NCBI GenBank assembly: GCA_963769935.1
Contig: CAVYNY010000016.1
Span: forward strand, 192,001-256,000
Source of the DNA: an uncultured delta proteobacterium
GTDB taxonomy: Bacteria; Desulfobacterota; Desulfobacteria; Desulfobacterales; JAFDCJ01
DNA: 64,000 nucleotides
Reading direction: 5' to 3'
In this document: piece by piece, positions 21,501 through 30,808 of the stretch
How the letters are laid out: every line of letters begins with the position of its first letter
Position numbering within the stretch: position 1 is the stretch's first letter
Notes under the pieces: generated by a model
What the model was told of the DNA's origin: nothing
Databases searched by the model: none
What the model saw: only the letters and a program-made list of their open reading frames with translations
Position numbers and translations under genes: made by a program

Positions 21501-21714
21501 CTTCGGAACTTTTTATGAAGACACCCGTATAGAATACGCAGTGACACCTGATCTTGACCAGACGATCGAATTAAGCCCAACCGAACACGCCGACTTCACC
21601 CGCTTCCTTTTCGGCTTTACCGGCGCAACCGGTGCAGGCACCTGGCAAAGTGCCGGAATTGCGGATTTAAAATTGAGTTTTATCCGGGCCAACGATCCGA
21701 TCGCCAGTGATTAA
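18529..21714 (+). CDS. Large PilX/GspK-like pilin fused to an L-type lectin-like domain with an inserted PQQ/BamB-type beta-propeller; three +1 frameshifts (about 18815, 18950, 19092)
   Basis: KG|SVLVYL (no E5) and RADYASESGMRYA. The reading continues through frames 1-2-3-1 into ORF 19075-21714, which has ADGFTL, MALEFDTF, repeated IYVGSDDG.LYAINPDG and FGFTGATG. Confidence 0.8.
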
Positions 21715-21836
21715 GTCAACCCTATGGTTGCAAGAATAGTCTGCCAAGGTTCGCAGCAGCGCATAAGCATTTAGGCCTGATTAAGATTAGGATGTTGATG
21801 CTGAACACAACCTAAAGTGATTGCCACCATTCTACC

Positions 21837-21905
21837 GTAGAGTGGGCATCGCCCACCGATAGATAGCAGCACTCGGTAATTTTTGGTGGGCAATGCCCAC
21901 CCTAC
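21837..21905. repeat. GTAG-type REP doublet
   Basis: GTAGAGTGGGCATCGCCCACC...GGTGGGCAATGCCCACCCTAC inverted pair. Confidence 0.85.
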
Positions 21906-22102
21906 GCTAAAGAAGTTTTGCAACTTAGGAAGACCAATTTGCAAATACCACGAGGGCGCTTGCCACATCCAACCAATCCCCTATGCAGGAAAGAAATTGA
22001 AGTCTATCTGATTGCTTTGTTTCTTGTTCCATAAAACTTTGTCGTTTAAAAGGCATACTTTTCGGAATTTAAGTTAGATGATTTCCTAAAAAGTACCCGA
22101 AT

Positions 22103-22173
22103 CGTCATGCCGGGCTTGATCCGGCATTCAGCACATATGGGATGGACAGGATTCAGGCATTCTCCGGAATGAC
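22103..22173. repeat. CGTC-type REP doublet (degenerate)
   Basis: CGTCATGCCGGGCTTGATCCGGCAT...CCGGAATGAC. Confidence 0.7.
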
Positions 22174-22284
22174 AGCAAAAAGGGAAAATTGCCCTTTTAC
22201 GATTTAACACAGTAAGGTTTATTCAATTTCAGGCAGTATATATGAATATGAGGGCGGGAAATGACACGAGGCTATTTTTTATAA

Positions 22285-22360
22285 GTGGGAGCGGCTTTCA
22301 GCAGCTATTGGAGAACCATATCAACTTCATTTCACCATCGCGGCTGAAAGCCACTCCCAC
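22285..22360. repeat. GTGG-type REP doublet
   Basis: GTGGGAGCGGCTTTCAGC...GCTGAAAGCCACTCCCAC inverted pair. Confidence 0.8.
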
Positions 22361-22395
22361 TTTTTCTTTGAGGTTACCAAGGGGGGGTATTATAA

Positions 22396-23058
22396 TCATC
22401 TATTCCTAAATTTTTTCCTGCCGAATCCTGCCAAGCCAACCAACCCGGTTCCAAATAATAGCAAGGTGTCAGGCTCGGGAACGGGATTCACTGTTATACT
22501 AGCAGAATCAGGCTCAGGAGCCAGCGTCAGCTGAATTCCATTTTCATCAGACAAATAAATTTCCGATAAACTTAAAGGACTATTGCCTGGGGCTATAGTT
22601 TCAAAAGTTAAAGTGGCCAATAAAAAATCCTTAGGTTGATAAATTAAATAGGGGGGCAAAGAAGAAAAATTAGAAGGTCGCATTTCAAATTCTAGGAGTG
22701 AACTCTCAGCAATGTCCACTATATCCGAAGGAGTATTCATAAAACCAGGTAAAAAAACACTGGTAAGGGCCTGACTTACATCATCAGGGTTTCCAAGATA
22801 AGGTCCAAATACGACACTATTGATGCTATCTATGCTCAGAATGTTGGGATTAAAAATAATATTCATACTAAACGCAGCCAGGGAAGGCGCAGCGTTATCC
22901 CCCAAACCATATATAAGAATATCTACATCAATGGACTGACCAAGAAAAGTCGTTTGTGATTTTGGTTCAAGACCAATTTGAATTGCATACCCAGGCATCG
23001 AAAATAGAACTATTGTACCTATTATGATTGTAGTTATCAGAATTATTTTTTTTCTCAT
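22396..23058 (-). CDS. Cohesin-like domain protein with a PEP-CTERM sorting signal
   Basis: Signal peptide, all-beta pattern (GQSIDVDI...AFSMNIIFNPNIL...LLATLTFETIAPGNSPLSLS...LSDENG) and VPEPDTLLLFGTGLVGLAGFGRKK. Confidence 0.85.
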   Translation of the reverse strand: MRKKIILITTIIIGTIVLFSMPGYAIQIGLEPKSQTTFLGQSIDVDILIYGLGDNAAPSLAAFSMNIIFNPNILSIDSINSVVFGPYLGNPDDVSQALTSVFLPGFMNTPSDIVDIAESSLLEFEMRPSNFSSLPPYLIYQPKDFLLATLTFETIAPGNSPLSLSEIYLSDENGIQLTLAPEPDSASITVNPVPEPDTLLLFGTGLVGLAGFGRKKFRNR

Positions 23059-23086
23059 ATTCTTCCCCCCTTTTTAGCCTCCAACT

Positions 23087-25084
23087 CTATATTCCTATAA
23101 TTTCTTCAACCGGATCAGGTGCACATCTCGGATTTTTGCACTCCAATACACATTTGCGCGCATCGAGCACTGTTATTGTCCCATCCCTATCCGCATCGCG
23201 CGGATCATTATCGGATATCGCCGGTGTGTTGCGCGCATCAAGTATGAGGCTGATATCCGCCAGATCGACGATGCCGTCGCCATTTACAAAACACGCTTCA
23301 TTGGTAACTTCTTCTGCTTCGGCCAATATTGCAAGATCCGACAGCACCGGGCTCATTCCCGTACTATTGGATTTTAATGTCACCCGAACTTGGATGAATT
23401 GACCGGGTAAATTTAATTGCTGACCGTTGACCGGTACTGGAGTATAAGCAATTGAGCCTAAATTGAGTTCGGAATCGGCCGCCTTGGCATCAACTATTAT
23501 TTCAGTTCCCGGCGGTTTGCTGGCCTCAGCCTCGGTATTCCAGGTAATGGTAACCAGACTGCTTTCCATACCACTGTCATAGACGACCGTCCAAGTTCCA
23601 TCGGGTACACTTGAAACAATATTTACAACCCCGGTCATGTCACTGTAATTGTCGGGAGCCGCCCCATTTCCCAGGAGAACGGTTAAATCCACTGCGCCAA
23701 GCCCGCCTGCTGCATCGGGGTCGATTCGCATGACATTATCGGAATAAAGATTGGTCACCCATACCTTGCCGTTGGCGTCGACAGCAACACCCGTCGGATA
23801 ATCGCCATTATAGGGGAGAGGCGCGCCCGGGTGTAAATCAATAATCGAGAAAAGATTTCCGTCTTTATCCAATCTCGAAACCACATTGCCTCCATCCCCT
23901 TCAGCCCTGGCCACCCAGACATGGTTGTCTTTAGGATTGACTGCCACCCCCTCGCTGGACACATAATCAGGTAATATCGCTTTTGGGAATCCGTCTACAA
24001 TTTCAGGAGCAGTCGCATTAATTTTAACGATCTTGCTTTCAAGCCACATACTGTTCCAAATAAACCCCTCGCTGTCAGCTGCCAGACCGTATGAATGCCC
24101 GACCGGAATGCAGCCTCCTTCATTTGTCCCGGGATCATAGTAAAGCAAAGCGCTTGTATCCTCGCTTCCATTAATAATACTATCGTAATCAAAATCGGCC
24201 GACCAGATGACTCCGTTGGCGGCCACAAAACCACCGAATCCACCGCAGCCGAGGTCTGCAGCAGCGGCATCAAAGGAGTCCGAAACCGCCCCGGTTTGGT
24301 AGTCAAGCTTGTAAAACATTGCCGGGCCTCCGGGGTAACCGCCCACCCAGACATCATCAGCGGCATCGACGGACACGTGGTGGACATTGGGTGCACCGGG
24401 CAGTCGCTGGAATACTAAAATGCACTCGTCGACTGCATCCATAACAGTTGCGTTATCCTCAACATTGTCGGTTCCTCCGAGACCGTCTGTTCCGGCCGGC
24501 CAGGAAAGAATATTCCCCAGACCGCTGGAGGTTCTGATAAGACCGTCATGATTTCGATCGTCGCAGGTACTGTAAAGGGGATCCGCCAGGTAAAGGCCGT
24601 TAGGATTAGGGGTGCGGTCTTCGTCAACCCGGGTGCCGCCGATCGCAATACCGATCTTTACGACGGAACCGCTGGGGCTTCCCCCGGTCGCCGTGGGTTG
24701 AGCTTCATTCAGATTTGCTGTCCAGACATTGCCTTTGCTGTCCACGCTGGTCCGGGAGGGAGAGGCACTGCGCCCTATTGGTGCAGTGCGATACTCCCCG
24801 ATGATATCCCCGCTTTCAGCATCAATGCGTACAATCGTCCCGCGAGCGGTAGCCGCAACATTGACAAAAACAAAGGGAGTTTCATGCATGTCCAGCTGGA
24901 GCCGAGCTTCGTCCGGGTTTGCCGGGTCTGGTGTTTCAGGTTGGACGTTGACGTTGGTCAACTGGCCTATGTCAAATTCTTCACTGGTGGTATAGGTGAT
25001 ATAGGCTTGGTCAGCCATGGCCGGCTGACCTGCACACACAACAACAACAATAAATAAGAACATACTTAGCTTATTACCAAGCAT
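23087..25084 (-). CDS. Secreted Vgb/NHL-like beta-propeller protein with a C-terminal dockerin-like domain
   Basis: Signal peptide, repeats such as SVDSKGNVW and GVAVDANGKVW, and C-terminal VNGDGIVDLAD...DADRDGTITVLD. Confidence 0.85.
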   Translation of the reverse strand: MLGNKLSMFLFIVVVVCAGQPAMADQAYITYTTSEEFDIGQLTNVNVQPETPDPANPDEARLQLDMHETPFVFVNVAATARGTIVRIDAESGDIIGEYRTAPIGRSASPSRTSVDSKGNVWTANLNEAQPTATGGSPSGSVVKIGIAIGGTRVDEDRTPNPNGLYLADPLYSTCDDRNHDGLIRTSSGLGNILSWPAGTDGLGGTDNVEDNATVMDAVDECILVFQRLPGAPNVHHVSVDAADDVWVGGYPGGPAMFYKLDYQTGAVSDSFDAAAADLGCGGFGGFVAANGVIWSADFDYDSIINGSEDTSALLYYDPGTNEGGCIPVGHSYGLAADSEGFIWNSMWLESKIVKINATAPEIVDGFPKAILPDYVSSEGVAVNPKDNHVWVARAEGDGGNVVSRLDKDGNLFSIIDLHPGAPLPYNGDYPTGVAVDANGKVWVTNLYSDNVMRIDPDAAGGLGAVDLTVLLGNGAAPDNYSDMTGVVNIVSSVPDGTWTVVYDSGMESSLVTITWNTEAEASKPPGTEIIVDAKAADSELNLGSIAYTPVPVNGQQLNLPGQFIQVRVTLKSNSTGMSPVLSDLAILAEAEEVTNEACFVNGDGIVDLADISLILDARNTPAISDNDPRDADRDGTITVLDARKCVLECKNPRCAPDPVEEIIGI

Positions 25085-25643
25085 TCCCAGCCTCCTTTAA
25101 TTGCTGATCGGCAACACTGTGGCACTCAGTAACTTTTCCTTATACGGATACGGAGTATATTGCCGCCAGCTTATAAATTTTCCCCCGACATCGATCAGGC
25201 GATCGAAAAACAAAGATGTGATGCGCCCGCGGATTTGAACTTATTTACATTATTTTCGCAAATCGCGGACCAGGTCTTAATGCTGCAAAAAACATGCACA
25301 AGACAACTCGTTTTTTATCGAAAAATAAAAATAAATAATTGAATTATATTAGCTTGTTAGCTTAATGAGTAAAACCCACTTCGCAAGACACTAACATTTA
25401 TTTCCCAATCGCTTGGGAAATAAATTTCACAATGGGAAGTGTTTTTCCACATTTTGGGGGGAGAGAAAGCGGGGGATTTTTGGAAACTGATTTTTTAGAA
25501 AGCGCGGATGGAATCGAGAGCAGGATCAAACCTCGGCGAGTTCAGTCGATTCGCCTCAAGCTAAAATACAAGAAATCGTGGTTTATGGCTGTTACCACAA
25601 GACGTTTATCCGAGCAGTCGGGGGATTTATTGCGTAATAGTTT

Positions 25644-25717
25644 GTCATTCCTGCGAAAGCAGGAATCCAGAGAGTTTCTCAGCGGCTGGAATGGATGCCC
25701 GCCTCCGCGGGCATGAC
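25644..25717. repeat. GTCA/CGTC-type REP doublet
   Basis: GTCATTCCTGCGAAAGCAGGAATCCA...TGGATGCCCGCCTCCGCGGGCATGAC. Confidence 0.85.
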
Positions 25718-25793
25718 GAGAAAAACACGCCGAGCCCTCGTTTATCCATCAACAACAAAGTTTTGAAAATTTCCAATCGACCATAGTGTCTGT

Positions 25794-28700
25794 CTATGAG
25801 GAAAGACCCTGGTCCAGCACCGACCGCACCGTCCCGGCAAGCTTGTCCATCACCAGGGGTTTGAGGATGAATTCGCGGATGCCCATTTCTTTGGCTTTCT
25901 CTTCGCTGATGCGCTCGCTGAATCCGGTGCAGAGGATCACCGGAATATCGGTCCGGATCTGCATGAGCTGCCCGGCCAGCTTTTCACCGGTCAGATTCGG
26001 CATGGTCATGTCGGTTATCACCAGATCGAATTGGTCCGGCCGGGTTTTGAAAAGCTCCAGGGCCTCTATGCTGCTGGTGCGGCATTCTACGGAATACCCC
26101 AGGCGCTCCAGCATTTGCCGGCCCAGATCGGCCAGCATTTTTTCATCGTCGACAAACAAAATGCGCTCATGGCCGGTGGCAGGCGCGCTGCCCTTTTGGT
26201 CGAACGGTGTGATCCGGCTTTGAATGATGGGAAGAAAGATTTCAAAGGCCGTGCCGCGGCCCGGTTCGCTTTGTACGGTGATGGCGCCGCCGTGGCTTTT
26301 GACGATACCGTGCACCACCGCAAGTCCCATGCCGGTTCCCTTATCCACATCTTTGGTCGTGAAAAAAGGATCAAATATGCGCTTCATGATATTTGCCGGC
26401 ATGCCGTGGCCGGTGTCCTCGACGCGCAGGCGGATATAGTCTCCGGGGTCGATGCCCAATTTGCGCGCCTCAAAGTCGGAGTCAATGGTTGCATCCGAAA
26501 GGACGATGGTGAGCGTCCCTCCGGTTTCGCGCATGGCATGGTCGGCATTGGTGCACAGGTTCATCAATACCTGGTGAATCCGGGTCGGATCCGCCAGGGT
26601 AGCGGAATGACTGTTTATGTCCTGCTGAATCGCAATGGTACTGGGCAGCGACGCCCTTAAAAGCTTGACGGCTTCCTTGACAATGAGCTCGACCTGGACG
26701 GGCTTTAATTCCTGCTCGGCCTGGCGGCTGAAAGCCAGAATTTGCTTGACCAGGTCTTTGGCCCGGTTGCCGGCAATTAGCACTTCCCGCAGGTTATTCT
26801 TCAGCAGGCTTCCGTCAAGGGCATCATCCAGGGCCATTTCCGTGTAGCCGATAACCGCTGTCAGGATATTGTTGAAATCATGGGCGATGCCGCCGGCCAG
26901 GGTTCCGATGGCCTCCATTTTCTGGGCCTGCTGCAGACGTTTTTCCAGCATTTTTATTTTCCTGCTCTGCTTGCCGCCTGGCGGTAATATCACGAGACAC
27001 CCCCAGGATCGAAACAACTTCCCCGGCGTCGTTGTACAGAAAACTGGCGGTGACTTCGACCCAGATGGTGGAGCCGTCTTTGTGGTACTGTTCAAGCTCC
27101 AGGATGCGCGACCGATGGGGATCGAGGGAGCGCTTCTTTTCTTTGGCCAGCTCTTCGATAATGGCTTTCTTCGCGATCTCAAATGACTGGGGTGTCAGAG
27201 ATGTCCTGCAGATCCTGTTCCATCAACTCTTTAGGGGTAAATCCCTGAAGACGTTCAACCGATGGGCTGACATAAGTAAATTTGGACAGAGAAAGGTCGA
27301 TGATCCAGATCACATCGGAGATGTTATCTGCCAGCAGCCGGTACTGGCGTTCGCTCTCTTTGATTTGCTTGAAGGATCTGGCGTTAATGATGCTGGTGGC
27401 GGTTTGCGAGGCAACTCCCATTAGGAGACTGGTTTCACTTTGGGTCAGACGGTTCTGCGAGTTGATGTTTTCAACCGCGAGCACGCCCAGTGACGCTTCC
27501 TCATAAACAATGGGCACACAAATAAAGGATTTTACCTCCATCTGACGGATAAATCGCGGGTTTTCAGGGTAAGGTCCTTTTCGATATCGGCAACATTTCT
27601 TACCAGAAAGGGCTTTTGTTCCTTAAAGGATCTAATAAAATGCCCTCCGGCATCAGGCTTATCAAGATGGAATTCGGTTCTGTGCAAAATTTTGCCCTGC
27701 TCCTCGGTGTATCCGAAGCCGGCGATAAACTGCAGGCGCGTCCTTGTACCGGTCGGCAAGCAAAATCATGCCGCGGTCAAAATACAGATGTTTTTCCATC
27801 ACCGCCACAACCGTGTCGGCGATTCTGTCTACATTTAAAATCTTGGAAATGGCCTGACCGAGTCTCATGCACCAGCAAGGCATTGCTGTGGCCGAACATT
27901 CATTTCATCCAGCAGATCCTTGGCGGCATTGCCCTGGGACTCGATGGTTTTGACCAACTCTTTTTTTTCGAGCTGGAAGCTGCTCAGAAAAATAATCAAA
28001 GATAAAAATGTCCAGAGCCAGGACCAGCGCCAGCGATGCCCGGGCGGAGACGACCGGATAAGACAAGCAGGCAGAGCAGCAGGCCGATGACGGGGGTGCA
28101 ATTGCTGATGCGCCGCCAGATAAGGGCCGGAGTTTTTTCCCAGGTCACGAATATAGCGGCAGCAGTCGCCGCCTTTGTGAATACACTCAGGATGCTCAAG
28201 CTCGGCAAATTTTTTGGTGACCAGCTTGGCCGACGCCTTCTAAGGTGCCGATTCGATTTTGACACTGATAGGGTTTCTCCCGGGTTCCCGGCGTGGGATG
28301 CGAGACAATTTCCACCTTGTTGGACCCTAATTTTTTGCTTTTTATTGCGGCCCCGCGCGACATGGCCTGCGCCAGTTTGCCGGTTTTCAGGTAAATTGAG
28401 GCCAGACCGATCGATCCCAGTGCATATTGTTTGGCGGCGCCGAGCCGCGTGGAAGAAACCGTGTACCGGCCGGCCTCCCGGGCAATTTTGGGGTTGCCGG
28501 TGCGGGTCACGATTGTCCGGTGAAGACGGTCCGCCTGATGCTGGGTGAACCAGTGGCCGGGATCCTCCACCTCGTATCTGGTCATTTCTGAATCCTGCAA
28601 CACGGCATCGATCTCAATGTCCGGGTAAAACTTCTCCAGATACTCAATATAGGTATTGATGATGCGGCTGTTGTAAAGGGGTGTGTTGTCATCTGCCGGC

Positions 28701-28855
28701 AGTTCTTCGACTTGATCCCGGTATATTCGGATCTTTTCCGTATGAAGACTGTGGACCTGGATGATCTCACCTGTTTGGCTCCGGGCAGAGACAGGCCCAT
28801 GGCTATCGGCGGCGGAATTGGAATTTTCTTCTAGTTGATCGATATTTCCAGTCAT
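25794..28855 (-). CDS. Hybrid sensor kinase (V4R-like N-terminus, TM, GAF, PAS, HisKA, HATPase, REC) broken by many single-base frameshifts; assembly error or pseudogene
   Basis: Consecutive fragments in shifting frames: EHPECIHKGGDCCRY, FDRGMILL, KSFICVPI, YVSPSVERLQGF, AGGIAHDFNNIL, FDPFFTTK and ILFVDDE. Confidence 0.82.
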
Positions 28856-28890
28856 AGATTTCACAAGACGCGACGCATCTTACCGGTTGT

Positions 28891-29064
28891 TAGAGTCTTA
28901 ATTGTGAATTCTTTGCATTTTATGCAAAAACTTTTTTCACCACGAAAGCACGAAAGGACGAAAACACGAAAAGAAGATAAGATAAATTTCGTGCTTTCAA
29001 TATTTCGTGCTTTCGTGATTAATTTGTCATTTTGGTTCTCCGCCTCTGGCGGATCCGGGTTAGG
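28891..29064 (+). repeat. Asymmetric-ended dispersed element with CACGAAA/TTTCGTG inverted arrays, copy 1
   Basis: Left ATTCTTTGCATTTTATG and right TCCGGGTTAGG, shared with the copies at 46839 and 49565. Confidence 0.85.
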
Positions 29065-29103
29065 CTCTAAATCGCGTTAAATGAGGCGCGCTGGAAAGAA
29101 TAA

Positions 29104-30289
29104 TCAGGCAGCTCCCGTCCCTGTATCCGCGCCTCCTAAGCTTCGGGCAAACATAAACAGCATGCCCCTCATTTTGGGCGAATTTTCCTGGAACTGGATA
29201 CCCACCGCCAGCGTTTTTTTGCCGTTGAAGCTGATCTGGTGGCTCCAGACAATATTTCCCTGTACTTTGAGTTCCATCGTATCGCCCGGAAAGCTGATTT
29301 TTATTTGCTTAGTGCCGTTAAAACTCGCCAGAGAATTAAGAAGGTCGGGGACATGTTCACTGCTGCCGTTTAAAACCACACAGATTCCGCCGATCGATAT
29401 ATCACTGGAATAACCTTCGATGGCAATCGGACTTTTAAATGGCCCGGTGGGAGGTATTTCCAGAATCATTTTAATGGGAAACTGATAGCGGTCGGCCTGC
29501 CGCAGGTATTTGGGGTGGTCTTTGGCCTCGTCGCTTGATCGAACCTTAAACAAATACATAAGCGCCACCTCAATGTTGGGATAATGCCGGCAAAGCTTCA
29601 TCAGCTTCTGTCTGGATATTTTAACCAACTCAACCTGGGTAACCGCTTCAATGTCTGAGGTGCAGTTTTTATCCTTTTTAAAAGGGTAGACTTCGCCGAA
29701 AAAATTGTCATTGCTCAAATAGATATTGGACTTCCGGTGAACCTTTTCCTTGGTTTCCAGTGAAGGAAAAGCTGAATCCTTCAACGTGCCGGATACGATA
29801 AAATAAAGATCGGTTTCCTTGTCTCCGGCTTTTACAACTGCTTTTCCGGCGATTAAACGAACCCTGACAAATCCTGAGATAATCGCCAGCATTTCTCTGG
29901 GCGATAGTTTGTCAAAAAACAGCTTCAGCGGCGATTCATCAAATTTTTTATGCCCCAGAGCAGACAAAAACAGGTGGATTTCCTTATTGGGAGGGGGTTT
30001 TATGAGCCATTGCAATTTTTTTGAGACAAGTGCCTGCAGCATCTTGCCCGACTCCATAAAAAGCTGGGCGGCCTCGCCATAGGATTTTGCGGCGAGGTCG
30101 AGCAAATTTTGTTTGAAAAGCAGGTCGGCATATTTTTTCTTCAGCGCCGGGTTATTCGGGAACTGTTTGAGGATAGCTTCCAAAAGCCTCGATGGAATCG
30201 ATGCCAATGGACCCGTCGATGATGTGCTCCGGGATGCTTTTCGGATTCACTGATCCTTTTTTATTTTTTTGTGCCTGGGATTCAGACAT
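29104..30289 (-). CDS. TPR-like + cyclic-nucleotide-binding + PilZ domain protein; one frameshift near 30183
   Basis: cNMP motifs (VVKAGD...LYFIVSG...FFGE) and PilZ RQADR/DISIGG. GAGG RBS and ATG at 30289 (MSESQAQ) join the ORF-track frame if one T is removed. Confidence 0.85.
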
Positions 30290-30404
30290 ACGGTGCCTCG
30301 CCGCCGGCCGTCGTCAGTTATTCGGCAGCCCGGCGTTATTTAAGGACAAGCGCCTTATTTTATTGCGCTTACCAATTTAATTAAGATGGAAAATCTGATA
30401 TGAA

Positions 30405-30432
30405 GTATCGGCCGTTTCAACGGATTACTTTA
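30405..30432 (-). promoter_or_regulatory. Sigma28 (FliA)-type promoter
   Basis: TAAA-N16-GCCGATAC on the minus strand, upstream of the cNMP-PilZ gene. Confidence 0.65.
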
Positions 30433-30458
30433 AGGGTAAAAACAAACCTACTGAATAC

Positions 30459-30488
30459 TTGACAAATCCCGTTCGACTTATCTATGTT
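30459..30488 (+). promoter_or_regulatory. Sigma70-type promoter preceding a leader of about 310 nt
   Basis: TTGACA-18 nt-TATGTT. Confidence 0.55.
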
Positions 30489-30808
30489 AAGAGACGCGCA
30501 AGAATTCAGACTGCATTGCCTTTCAACATCACACCCGAACAAACAGTAAGGTCATCTGATTCGTCTCGTGCTCGGATCACGGACAGCAGCTTTATCGGGC
30601 AGTCCCGCCGATAGGCGAAATGGGCTGCCCTGCATATCAGAGGACCGCGGCGGGCTGCCCTGCGCTGAGAAGAGTTTTTGGAGTAAAGACAACGCTTCCC
30701 GGCTGCCAATTTTCGATATGTTGTCGAGCCGACCGGCGTGCCGCCTTCGACTGCTGTTAAGGCGAATGCCGGATGAGACTTCCGACTATAGGTCCCGGAG
30801 ACCGGCAG

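Noticed and set aside
25283..25300. Sigma54 promoter for the dockerin/cohesin operon (minus strand TGTGCATGTTTTTTGCA)
   Set aside because: It lacks the invariant -24 GG unless one T is an insertion error. Plausible for a PEP-CTERM locus but not supportable as written.
5568..30289. Frameshifts in five genes (kinase near 6770, vWA near 9190, pilin-lectin 18815-19092, hybrid kinase 26950-28230, cNMP-PilZ near 30183) as programmed frameshifting or phase variation
   Set aside because: They are mostly single extra bases in short homopolymers, clustered in patches, and I noticed no accompanying decay of conserved motifs. This fits long-read consensus error better. Read mapping is needed to exclude true pseudogenes.
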